DNA from: an uncultured Acidimicrobiaceae bacterium
GTDB taxonomy: Bacteria > Actinomycetota > Acidimicrobiia > Acidimicrobiales > RAAP-2
NCBI GenBank assembly: GCA_963828455.1
Contig: CAWHFH010000027.1
Coordinates: forward strand, 1,896-65,895
Length of the DNA: 64,000 nucleotides
Reading direction: 5' to 3'
Shown one piece after another: positions 37,521 through 47,246 of this stretch; the stretch's first letter is position 1; the number at the start of each line of letters is the position of its first letter. Below the pieces are notes generated by a model. The model was not told where the DNA came from, did no database searches, and worked only from the letters and a program-made list of their open reading frames with translations. Position numbers and translations under genes: made by a program.

Positions 37521-38318
37521 ATGGCGAAGGTCGTGCTGATCACGGGTGCGTCGGCGGGCATCGGCCGGGCCACGGCGGACCGGCTGCACGCCGCCGCCTG
37601 GACGGTCGTCGGGGCGAGCAGACGCGGGACGTCATCGGGCGGTTGGCAGCCGCTGCAGATGGACGTCGACGACGACGAAGACACGAGCCGGGGCGTCGCG
37701 GGCGTCATCCGCGAGCACGGACGACTCGATGCGGTCGTTGCGTCCGCCGGCTGGGGTCTGGCCGGGCCGGTGGAGCTCACGCCGATCGACCAGGCCAAGG
37801 CCCAGGTCGAGACGAACTTCTGGGGCGTCGTCCGGGTGGTGCAATCCGCCCTTCCCGCCATGCGCGAGCAGCGGGCGGGCCGGCTCGTGCTGGTCAGTTC
37901 GATCGCGGGCCTCATCGCGCTGCCGTTCCAGGCCTTTTACAGCGCGAGCAAGTACGCGCTGGAGGGCTTCGCCGAAGGACTGGCCTACGAGGTCGAACCC
38001 TTCGGCGTGCACGTGACGCTCGTGGAGCCGGGCAACATCCGCACCGACTTCACGGCAAGCCGGCGCACCATCGACGAGGACCCCAGCGGGGCCTACGCCG
38101 ACGCCGCGATGAAATCGATCAGCCTCATGGAGAAGGACGAACTGAGGGGCGCGCCACCCGGGTCGGCCGCCGCGGCGATCCAGCGGGTCCTCGAGGCGAA
38201 GCGCCCCCGGCGCCGTGTCTCGGTGGGCAAGGTCGGGGAGCGGATCGGGATCCCGGCCAAGCGTTTGCTGCCCCACCGCGTCTTCGAAAGGGCAGCGGCG
38301 TCCAGCTTGGGCGTGTGA
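37521..38318 (+). CDS. SDR-family oxidoreductase
   Basis: VVLITGASAGIGRA (TGxxxGxG) and YSASKYALE (YxxxK). Confidence 0.85.
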   Translation: MAKVVLITGASAGIGRATADRLHAAAWTVVGASRRGTSSGGWQPLQMDVDDDEDTSRGVAGVIREHGRLDAVVASAGWGLAGPVELTPIDQAKAQVETNFWGVVRVVQSALPAMREQRAGRLVLVSSIAGLIALPFQAFYSASKYALEGFAEGLAYEVEPFGVHVTLVEPGNIRTDFTASRRTIDEDPSGAYADAAMKSISLMEKDELRGAPPGSAAAAIQRVLEAKRPRRRVSVGKVGERIGIPAKRLLPHRVFERAAASSLGV

Positions 38319-38493
38319 TTGGGCCGCCCCGAATCCTTGGGGACCGTTCTGGGTAGATTCACTCCAGGCACGATGGATGCTGCGGGGGCTCACCAGCCCC
38401 GGAGCGAGTCAGAGTGGTGGCGCCTATGGGACGTGGTGTGAATCGGGGCACCCGAGGAACCGCCGGTCCCGCCCGCCTGGGGAGCGGCGTGCG

Positions 38494-39003
38494 ATGACAC
38501 GGACCGGCCTGGTGCTCCACAAGCATCGCCATGCGAGGCCCACTGTCTCGTATGCCGGTCTCCCCGCCGCCAGCTTCGGGGTCCGGATCAAGGCGCTGTT
38601 GCTCACGTGCTGTCTGGTGGTCGCGACGTTGGGCGTGGGCTGGCTCGTCTGGAGCGTGCTCGAATGGCGACGTGGCAGTACGGCGAGCTTCCGGCTGACC
38701 GGGCTCCGAGTCGTTCGTCATTCCGACGGCACGCCCATCGGCCTCGTGTGGTCGGTCGTCCGCAACGCAATCCTGTGCACCGTCCTCTTGATCCCGACGA
38801 TCCTCGCTTGTTTCGTGATCGCCTTCTCGTTCGTGATGGGAGCCTCCCCGCCCAACGACCTTTTCAGCAAGCCGCGCAATGCCCCCTGGGACCGGATCTG
38901 CAGGACCACGGTGGTACAGGAGCGCCGCCGGCCGTTCTCGCGAGGGAAGTATGCCCGCCTGAGCGAGTGGCCACCGGCCAACGAGCCGGTCAGCATGAAC
39001 TGA
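38494..39003 (+). CDS. RDD-family membrane protein
   Basis: TM helices flank SFRLTGLRVVRHSDGTPIGLVWSVVRN and PWDRICRTTVV, a pattern typical of RDD domains. Confidence 0.5.
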   Translation: MTRTGLVLHKHRHARPTVSYAGLPAASFGVRIKALLLTCCLVVATLGVGWLVWSVLEWRRGSTASFRLTGLRVVRHSDGTPIGLVWSVVRNAILCTVLLIPTILACFVIAFSFVMGASPPNDLFSKPRNAPWDRICRTTVVQERRRPFSRGKYARLSEWPPANEPVSMN

Positions 39004-39076
39004 CTTCGCGAGGAGGTCACGACGTCACTAAGGTCCCCCACGGAGGCGGTGTGACGCTCGGGGAGGGGCGGTCTGC

Positions 39077-41395
39077 ATGTGGAGATTCTCATCTGTCGCA
39101 CGGCAAGCGGCGCCGCCCGTGCTGGTCGCGTTTGTCAGCAGCTGGCTGCTCGCGACGTTGATGCCTGTCGGCACCGCAACGGCGGCATCGTCCTCGGCCA
39201 CCCCTTTCATGGCGTCGGGCAGCGTCGAACAGGTCTACGCGGTCGGGCTGCCACCTGTTGCCAACGTCTCGCTCCTCAGACCCGGGGGCCAGGTCGTTTC
39301 CACTCTGCAGGCGGACTCGCTCGGCGGAGTGCTGTTTCGCAATGTGCATCCCGGCGGCGGCTATCGCGTGCGGATCGATGCGGACGGCCAGCAGTCGGCG
39401 CCGGTCACCGTGCATCCGGAGGCCTCCGCCCCGTGGGACCCCAGCATCTACAACCAGTCCATCCCGGCCAGCGGGTACGGTTACCTCACCACGAGGGATG
39501 GCACGCAGATCGCGATCGACGTGCGTCTCCCCTCGACGCGTGCGGCGACCTACCCGACGGTGATCGAGTACGCGGGATACGGGTATGCCGACCCCGCCGG
39601 GCCCGACAGCGGCATCGCCGAGTTGGCCAATCTCATGGGGATCGCGGTGGTCGACGTGAACATGCGGGGAACCGGCTGTTCCGGTGGCGCGTTCGACTAT
39701 TTCGAACCGTTGCAGAACCTCGACGGCTACGACGTCATTGAGACCGTCGCCCACCAACCGTGGGTGCTCGGACACAAGGTCGGGATGATCGGCATCTCCT
39801 ACGGCGCCATCAGCCAGCTCTTCACGGCGCAGACCGATCCTCCGGACCTCGAGGCCATCGCACCACTTTCGACGATCGACGCGACGGCGTCGACGCTGTA
39901 TCCGGGCGGCATCCTGAACACGGGCTTCGCCACCGGGTGGGCCCAGGGTCGCCAGAACGATGCGGAACCCGCCGGGCCGCAGGCCGGCCAGTCGTGGGCT
40001 TACAAGCGCATCCAAGGGGGCGACGCCACCTGCTCGGCCAACCAGACCCTCCATGGTGAGGCGGCTGACCTGAGCGCCAAGATCGCCGCCAACTCGCACT
40101 ACAACCCTGCGGTCGCCGATCCGCTCGACCCCGTGTCCTTCGTGAAGAAGATCAACGTCCCGGTCTTCCTGGCCTGTCAGTGGCAGGACGAACAGACGGG
40201 TGGCCAGTGTCCCGAACTGGTCCGGCACTTCACCGGGACCAACGAGAAATGGTTCACCTTCACGAACGGCGCCCACATCGACTCGCTGGACCCCGCGACC
40301 TTCGACCGCTGGTACGACTTCCTCGAGCTGTACGTCGCGCATCAGGCACCGGAGGGCGGCGCGTCGAGCCTCCACGCCCTGGCGCCGCTGATCTACCAGG
40401 CGGCGATGGGGCTGCCTGCGAGCGATCATGTCCAGTTGCCACCCGATCCCGTTCAGCAGATCCCGACATACGCTGCCGCCCTCGCGGCCTTCGAAAATTT
40501 GCCAGAGGTGCGCGTGCTGTTCGACAACGGCGCGGGGGGGCCCGTCGGAGTCGTTGCCAACGCGGGTGACCCCTATGCGGGTTTCGAGCAGTCATTCTCC
40601 ACTTATCCCGTTCCGTCATCGGCACAGACCTGGTACTTCGGAGCCGGCGGCACACTGGCCTCCGCGCCCTCCGCCAGTGCCGGCGTCGATCAGTACACGT
40701 CGAATGCGAGTGCCGTTCCACTCACCGACTACAGCGGCAACACCGGTGGGGGCGGGATGTGGAGCAACGCCTCGGCGTGGCAGTGGGACTGGCAGCAGAA
40801 TCCTGCCGGCACCGCCGTCTCGTACGTTACGGCCCCCTTGGCGACCGACACCACGGTCATCGGCGCCGGAGCGGTTGATCTCTGGGCCCGGTCGTCGACG
40901 CCGGACGTCGACCTCCAGGCCACCATCAGCGAGGTCCGGCCGGACGGGAACGAGACCTTCGTGCAGAACGGCTGGCTGCGGGCCAGCGAGCGTGCGCTCT
41001 CGCACGGTGCCGACAACATCTTGCGTATCCCGAGCACGGCCACGGACCCGGTCCCGAGTTTCAAGGCCTCCGACACCGCGCCGATGCCGGCCGGCCAATT
41101 CGTGAAGGTGGTGATCCCCCTCTACGACGAGGGGCACGTCTACCGGGCCGGGTCCCGCATCCGCGTCACGATTTCTGCGCCCAACGGGACGCAGCCCGTG
41201 TGGTCCTTCGGCCAGACCCAACCGGCGGGTACGGCGACCGTGAGCATCGCGCATGCCGCGTCCATGCCGTCGAGCTTGGTGCTCCCGGTCGTGGCGGGCG
41301 TCACCGCGCCGACGCCGCTGCCTCCGTGCCCGAGCCTGCGCAACGAGCCGTGCCGGCCCTACCAGCCGATCGTGAACAAGACCACGGCACCGTGA
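39077..41395 (+). CDS. CocE/NonD-family hydrolase (X-Pro dipeptidyl-peptidase S15-like), secreted
   Basis: Signal peptide, TRDGTQIAIDVRLP, EYAGYGY, nucleophile region MIGISYGA. GGGAGGGG lies upstream of ATG 39077. Confidence 0.8.
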   Translation: MWRFSSVARQAAPPVLVAFVSSWLLATLMPVGTATAASSSATPFMASGSVEQVYAVGLPPVANVSLLRPGGQVVSTLQADSLGGVLFRNVHPGGGYRVRIDADGQQSAPVTVHPEASAPWDPSIYNQSIPASGYGYLTTRDGTQIAIDVRLPSTRAATYPTVIEYAGYGYADPAGPDSGIAELANLMGIAVVDVNMRGTGCSGGAFDYFEPLQNLDGYDVIETVAHQPWVLGHKVGMIGISYGAISQLFTAQTDPPDLEAIAPLSTIDATASTLYPGGILNTGFATGWAQGRQNDAEPAGPQAGQSWAYKRIQGGDATCSANQTLHGEAADLSAKIAANSHYNPAVADPLDPVSFVKKINVPVFLACQWQDEQTGGQCPELVRHFTGTNEKWFTFTNGAHIDSLDPATFDRWYDFLELYVAHQAPEGGASSLHALAPLIYQAAMGLPASDHVQLPPDPVQQIPTYAAALAAFENLPEVRVLFDNGAGGPVGVVANAGDPYAGFEQSFSTYPVPSSAQTWYFGAGGTLASAPSASAGVDQYTSNASAVPLTDYSGNTGGGGMWSNASAWQWDWQQNPAGTAVSYVTAPLATDTTVIGAGAVDLWARSSTPDVDLQATISEVRPDGNETFVQNGWLRASERALSHGADNILRIPSTATDPVPSFKASDTAPMPAGQFVKVVIPLYDEGHVYRAGSRIRVTISAPNGTQPVWSFGQTQPAGTATVSIAHAASMPSSLVLPVVAGVTAPTPLPPCPSLRNEPCRPYQPIVNKTTAP

Positions 41396-41443
41396 GCAAC
41401 GTCGAGGTGCCGATAGCGGGCTCGCTCGAGCCGACGCGTTAGC

Positions 41444-42709
41444 TCAAGCCGGCGCGGCCACGACGACCGCGGCGCCGCCCGTCTTGGACTCGTACATGGC
41501 GCGGTCGGCCCGGGCGGTCAGCACGTCGGGTGACTCGTCGACTCCGTCGGTCCACGCCATGCCGATGCTGGCGCCGAGCTCGAGGGTGCCATCCGCGATC
41601 TCCACGGGCTGGATGCTCTCGCTGATGAGCTGCGCGACGGGGTGGACCGACTCGATGTTCGGGACCTCCGGGCAGACGACCAGGAACTCGTCGCCGCCCA
41701 GGCGCCCGATCGCGTCGCCGGTGCGGATGGCGCCGCGGATGCAGGCGGCCGCCCAGAGCAGCGCCTTGTCACCGACGGCATGGCCGTGGCAGTCGTTGAT
41801 CTCCTTGAAGCGGTTGAGGTCGACGAAGATCGCCGCCACGCCGACGCCGGACTCACGGGCGCTGCGGAGGGCCAGGTCGAGGAACTCGAAGATGGCCGCT
41901 CGATTCAGGCAGCCGGTCAGGGTGTCGGTGGACGCCCGCTGCTCCAGTTCGTGGCGGAGGTCGACGCTCTCGGTGACGTCGCTGAGGCAGCCGATGGCGC
42001 CGGTCACCGCGCCGGCGCCGTCGGTCAGCGGGCGCAGGCTCACCTGGCAGACGCGGGTGGTGGCGAAGTCCGGGTGCGGGACGACGACGTTGAAATGCAG
42101 TTCGAGCCCGTCGACCTCGCGCCCGGACAGTGCGGCATCGACGGCGGTGTCGAGCCGGCGACGGTCGTCGTCGGTGACGACGGCGAACAGGCTCGCCATC
42201 TCCGGTGCCGGCGCGGCGCCCAGGATGTGGTGCAGCCGTCCGTTGGTGAACAGCACCCGCCGGTCCCGGTCGACCTGGAAGACGCCGACGGGGAGCGCGT
42301 CCGTCAACCGGGCGATCAGCTCCTCACGGGCGCGGACCTGTTCGGCCAGGCTGTGTTCGCCGGCCTCGGCGGGGCGGATGACCGTGAAGACGTGAGGGTT
42401 GTCGGGATCGTCGAGACGGTTGGTGTTCTCGCAGTCGATCCAGCGCCATCCGCCGTCTGCCTGGCGGTAGCGCCCACGGAAGATCCGGGTCGAGCCCGGC
42501 GTGCCGATCATGGCGAACCATGCGCCGATCGCGTCGGCCTGGTCGTCGGGGTGGATGAAGACCGTCGAGGGCGACCCCATGATCTGATCGGGCCGCCAGC
42601 CGAGGATCTCGGTGACCGAGTCGTCGATCGATGTGATGACGCCGGCCTCGTTGCGGATCACGCTGCATGCCGGCATCGGCCGCTCTGCCTCGCTCGCTCG
42701 GTCATCCAT
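41444..42709 (-). CDS. PAS-domain diguanylate cyclase (GGDEF)
   Basis: Two PAS-like regions, then DTLTGCLNR .. RLGGDEFLVV. Confidence 0.85.
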   Translation of the reverse strand: MDDRASEAERPMPACSVIRNEAGVITSIDDSVTEILGWRPDQIMGSPSTVFIHPDDQADAIGAWFAMIGTPGSTRIFRGRYRQADGGWRWIDCENTNRLDDPDNPHVFTVIRPAEAGEHSLAEQVRAREELIARLTDALPVGVFQVDRDRRVLFTNGRLHHILGAAPAPEMASLFAVVTDDDRRRLDTAVDAALSGREVDGLELHFNVVVPHPDFATTRVCQVSLRPLTDGAGAVTGAIGCLSDVTESVDLRHELEQRASTDTLTGCLNRAAIFEFLDLALRSARESGVGVAAIFVDLNRFKEINDCHGHAVGDKALLWAAACIRGAIRTGDAIGRLGGDEFLVVCPEVPNIESVHPVAQLISESIQPVEIADGTLELGASIGMAWTDGVDESPDVLTARADRAMYESKTGGAAVVVAAPA

Positions 42710-43007
42710 CTCGCACTGAATCGGTTCATTCCGTCCCGTGCTTGATAGGACATGAGTCCCATCCGAGGTTGGCTTCGCCGGCCGCCCCGGGCGTGATCCG
42801 ACGGTCTGGCGGCGGGCTCACGCCGGTCCGGTTGGGCAGGAAAGGAGGAAGGCCCGCACGGTGGGTTCGTGCGGTGCGAATGCGGCTGCTTCCCTACGAA
42901 GAAGACGCAGCCCGGCTCAGCGGCCGGCCAATACGGCGGCGATCCCTAGACGTTGTGCCTAGCGGGCATGGGACTTTGGCCCCGAAGCACTCAAGATCGG
43001 GCACCAG

Positions 43008-44459
43008 ATGGACGAAACGCCCATAGAGGTGCGCTGCGGGCGCGCGGGGCCCCGCGTCATCGGGGACGGGGTCCGGAGGGGAAAAGAGGAAGCCATGGTC
43101 ACCGAGGAGGAGTGGTCCGGGGAGATCGCCCGGACCGAACGGCTGCGCTGGCTCAGCCTGTTCGGCGGGCTCGTCGTCGTTGCCGCGATCTTCGTCCCGT
43201 GCATCATGGCTGGCGAGGCGGTGACGTCCGGCTTCGCAGCGGACCTTCTGGCGGCGGGGCTGATGCTTGCGATTCTCGGGCCGATGTCGGTCGGACTGAT
43301 CTTCGTTGCGGCGCGCCAGCAGGCCAAGGCGGACGAGAAGCTGCGTGTGCTGACCTCCGAGTTGAGCGAAGCCGTCGCCAACGCAGACCGGCAGACGGAG
43401 ATCCGCGATGCGCAGGTGCAGCGCCAGCGCTTCGAGAGCCGCCTGGCCAACGCGTTGGACATGGCCGAGGGCGAGCCAGAGGTCATCGACGTCATCGAGC
43501 GGTCGTTCAGCAAGATCCTCCCGGACGCTCCCGTCGAGCTGCTGCTCGCCGACAACAGCCACGCGCACTTGCACCGGATGGCCGCCGTGGGGCCCGACGG
43601 CGAGCCGCCGTGTTGCGCGGTGGACTCGCCTGACCGCTGCCCGGCGGCGCGGCGGGCCCAGATCCAGACGTTCTCCGACAGCGACGATCTCGACGCGTGC
43701 CCCAAGCTGCGCAACCGCGCGCAGGGCCGGCTTTCCGCACTCTGCGTCCCGGTCTCCATCATGGGGCGGACCGTCGGCGTCATCCATGCCACGGGCGAGC
43801 CCGAGGCCACCGTGGACGACACCCGAATCGACGACCTGACGACGCTGGCCAAGCTGGCGGGCGCCCGCCTCGGTCTGCTGCGGGTCATGGCCGAGACCCA
43901 GCTCCAGGCCTCGACGGACACGTTGACCGGTTTGCTCAACCGCCGCTCGTTCTCTGAGGCGTATGCGGGCATCGGCCATCAGCTGTATCCCGTCGCCGTC
44001 GCCATGGCCGACCTCGACCACTTCAAGACGCTCAACGACACCTACGGGCACGAGACGGGGGACCGTGCCCTGCGCCTCTTCGCCCGCGTCCTGCGCGACA
44101 CGCTGCGGACGAGCGACGTCGTCGGACGCCACGGCGGGGAGGAGTTCGCCATCGCGTTCCCGGATTGCTCGGCGGTGGACGCTACGCGGGCGCTCAATTC
44201 CGTGCGGGCCCATCTCGATGCCGCGATCACGGTCGGCGGCCTGCCCAAGTTCACGGTGAGCTTCGGCCTCACCGAAGCAGAGCCCGGCGAGGAGTTCAGC
44301 ACCGTGTTGCGGCGGGCGGACGGTGCGCTGATGCTGGCCAAGCAGCAGGGGCGCGACCGGATCGTGCTGCACGAGTCCGTGGGCGGCGACGAGGTCCCGA
44401 GCGGGGGCCGGTCCGACCTGCTCGAGACACTCGACGAGGAGTTCCTGACGACGGACTGA
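43008..44459 (+). CDS. Membrane-anchored GAF-like sensor diguanylate cyclase (GGEEF)
   Basis: TM segments, a sensor region, DTLTGLLNRR .. RHGGEEFAIAF. An alternative start is ATG 43095. Confidence 0.8.
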   Translation: MDETPIEVRCGRAGPRVIGDGVRRGKEEAMVTEEEWSGEIARTERLRWLSLFGGLVVVAAIFVPCIMAGEAVTSGFAADLLAAGLMLAILGPMSVGLIFVAARQQAKADEKLRVLTSELSEAVANADRQTEIRDAQVQRQRFESRLANALDMAEGEPEVIDVIERSFSKILPDAPVELLLADNSHAHLHRMAAVGPDGEPPCCAVDSPDRCPAARRAQIQTFSDSDDLDACPKLRNRAQGRLSALCVPVSIMGRTVGVIHATGEPEATVDDTRIDDLTTLAKLAGARLGLLRVMAETQLQASTDTLTGLLNRRSFSEAYAGIGHQLYPVAVAMADLDHFKTLNDTYGHETGDRALRLFARVLRDTLRTSDVVGRHGGEEFAIAFPDCSAVDATRALNSVRAHLDAAITVGGLPKFTVSFGLTEAEPGEEFSTVLRRADGALMLAKQQGRDRIVLHESVGGDEVPSGGRSDLLETLDEEFLTTD

Positions 44460-45059
44460 CCTCGGTGGCGTGCCGCTGCGATGGTCCCCTGGACCGTTGG
44501 ACCGGCCTGCCGGACCGGGCGAGCTCGATGATGCTCTGCGGCACCTCACTCGGCGGCTTGGGCCGCACCCGCATGGCGTCGTCCACCCAGAGCTGGTCCT
44601 CACTCTCTGCTCGCCGGAGGAGGTCGTGCGGCTCACGGGTGCCGATCGGCGTATCGAGCCAGATGCTCAGCCAGGTCCCCTCGGAGGTCCTCCTCTTTTG
44701 GTCCTACGCCTCGGTGTGGCCGGCAACCCGGCCGGGCACCCGCCGCTCGTCGCGGAAGTCGGCGCTGCCGACCACCGTGCCCTGCAGGTTCACGTCGACG
44801 GCAAGCCCGAGGTGGTGGCCCAACTCTTGTATCGAGGTTCATGTACGGAACGCGTGTGAGCGGGCGGCGAATCTAAGAGCGCCGGCGAACGTTGTCGAGG
44901 ACCTCCCGCACCCATGTTTCACGGTGACGCGCCGCAGCGTTGGCTGAAGTTCACCTGCCGGAAATGTGCGCGTCACCGAACGGTCGAGGACTGTTCGAAT
45001 GCCGTTCGTACGCTCGAGCACATCGAGGGGGTCGACGCCGACACAGAGGAGCAAACAAC

Positions 45060-46899
45060 ATGAAATTGAGAGCGAGACTCGCGACGGCAGGTGTTGCTGC
45101 ATTTGCGTTCGCGACCGTGACGCCGTTGGCGGTGTCGTCCTCCAGTGCCTTCGCTGACGGCGATGGCCACGGCCACGACAACGGTCACGACCAGATCAGG
45201 CACGTGCTCCTGATCTCGGTCGACGGGATGCACCAGTCAGACCTGGACTGGTACGCCGCCAACCATCCCAACTCGGAGCTGGCGCGGTTGGCCACGGGCG
45301 GTGCCGAATACACCAACGCACAGACGCCCGTTCCGTCGGACTCCGATCCGGCCGGCACGGCGCTGATGACAGGCGCCGACCCGAAGACCCTCGGCATCTA
45401 CTACGACGACGAGTACAGCCACGGCGTCTTCCCGGCAGGGACGACGAACTGCTCCGGGCCGGTCCCGGGCGGCAACGTGATCTACGACTCTCCGGACGAC
45501 AGCCTTCCCGCCGTGCAGGACCTGCTGAACAACAACAGCGGCAACGCTTTCCCCTCGTTCGACGAGGGCGGTTCGATCTACGCGAACGGGATAGACAAGA
45601 ACCCGGGCCTGATCATGGGCCTGAGCTCGCACCCGCAGTCGGGCGAGAACCCGGCGACCTACCCGGTCGACCCCGAGACGTGCCAGCCGATCCAGCCGTG
45701 GGACTATCTGGGGGTCAACACCATCTTCCAGGTCATCCACAGCGCCGGCCTGCGCACCGCGTGGTCCGACAAGCACGCGATCTACACGTCGTACAACGGT
45801 CCGGGCTCGAACGGCATGAGCATCGACGACTTCTTCGGGCCGGAGATCGACTCGCAGGCCGTCGAACCGAACGGCGTGCCCTACCCGGTCGACGGTGCGT
45901 GGACGGCCGACAACGCCGCCACCAAGCAGTACGACTCCTACAAGGTCCAGGCGGTCATCAACTGGATCAACGGCCACGACCACGCCGGCAACGGGCCGAA
46001 GGTCGGCACGCCGGCGATCTACGGGATGAACTTCCAGGTGGTCTCGACCGCAGAGAAGCTGAAGAGCTCCCCGGCCGTGCTGATCGGGCCAGACGGGCAA
46101 GGCAACTACACCGAGGGCCCGTCGCTGGCCGGCGGGTACGTGACCGTGGGCGGCCAGCAGGTGCCGGGCCCGCTGCTCCAGAGCGCGCTCGACTACGTCA
46201 ACTTCGCCCTGCAGCAGATGGCCAATACGATCCAGGCCGACGGCGAGGCGAACTCGACGGCGATCGTCCTGACGGCCAAGCACGGTCAGTCGCCGTTGAA
46301 CAACAGCCAGCTGCAGCGGATCGACGACGGCCCGATCATCTCCGGCGTCGACGCCGCCTGGGCGGCCACGCACCCGAGCAACCCGACGCTGGTCATGCAA
46401 GAGGCCGATGACGACGGGCTGTTGTGGTGGCTTTCGGACCGCTCGCAGGCGGCGACGGAGTTCGTCAAGGACTACCTGTGGAGCCACAGTGCGCCGGCAG
46501 TCAACTACGCCGGCCAGACCGTCACCGTCCTGCACTCCGGCCTGTCGCAGATCTTCGCCGGCCAGGAGTCGGCGCAATACTTCGGCGTCTCGAACTCCGA
46601 CCCGCGCCACCCGGACGTGTTCGGGATCTCACAGGTGGGCACGATCTACACGGGCGGCTCGAAGATCGCCGAACACGGAGGTGCCAACCCGGGCGACCGG
46701 GACGTTCCGCTCGTCGTCTATGCGCCGGGGACGGGCAGCCGGCCAGTCGGACAACGACGTGGAGACAACGCAGGTCGCTCCGACGATCTTGAAGCTGCTC
46801 GGTCTCTCTCCGAACTCGCTGCAGTCGGTCCAGGAGCAGGGCACACAGGTCCTGCCCGGAATCGGCAACGGGCACGGGAACGACGAGGACGGCAGGTAG
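45060..46899 (+). CDS. Alkaline-phosphatase superfamily protein (nucleotide pyrophosphatase/phosphodiesterase type), secreted; frameshift about 46725-46745
   Basis: Signal peptide MKLRARLATAGVAAFAFA and VLLISVDGMHQSD. The C-terminus AGQSDNDVETTQVAPTILKLLGLSPNSLQ..* is in ORF 46408..46899, one frame off. The span is 1840 nt = 3n+1. Confidence 0.75.
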
Positions 46900-47246
46900 C
46901 GAACGAGTCACGTGTGATCGGGCTGCGGGTGGTTCCGAACCGCTCCGCAGCCCGGCACTCGTTCGGAGGCACGAAGACAGACGCAGCTGTAGCCGATGGC
47001 GCGCTCGTCGGCCGGCTGCGGTCGGACGTGGAGCCGCCCTCAGACCGTCGGGTGTGCGGCACCCGTCGAGCAGGTCCGTGAGTTTCTGGCGATGGTGGGC
47101 CTTCGGAGTGTCCGCCGCCGCAGAGGCCGCCATCGGGCCCAGCCTGCTCGCGGGCTACGAAGAGCAGGATTCTCGGGAATCCTCGGTGTCAGTTCTGCTC
47201 GAAGTCGGTCGGGTACTGGGGAACCTCTTCGTTGCCCGTCACTCCG

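Noticed and set aside
41396-41443. Rho-independent terminator between the convergent hydrolase and cyclase genes
   Set aside because: GGCTCG/CGAGCC can pair, but the loop is too short (2-4 nt) and no T tract follows.
42894-44636. 580-aa minus-strand ORF
   Set aside because: It is antisense to the GGEEF cyclase gene. Its composition is Arg/Pro/Gly-rich and no motifs are present.
45237-46610. 457-aa minus-strand ORF
   Set aside because: It is antisense to the phosphodiesterase gene. Its composition is low-complexity and Arg/Val/Asp-rich.
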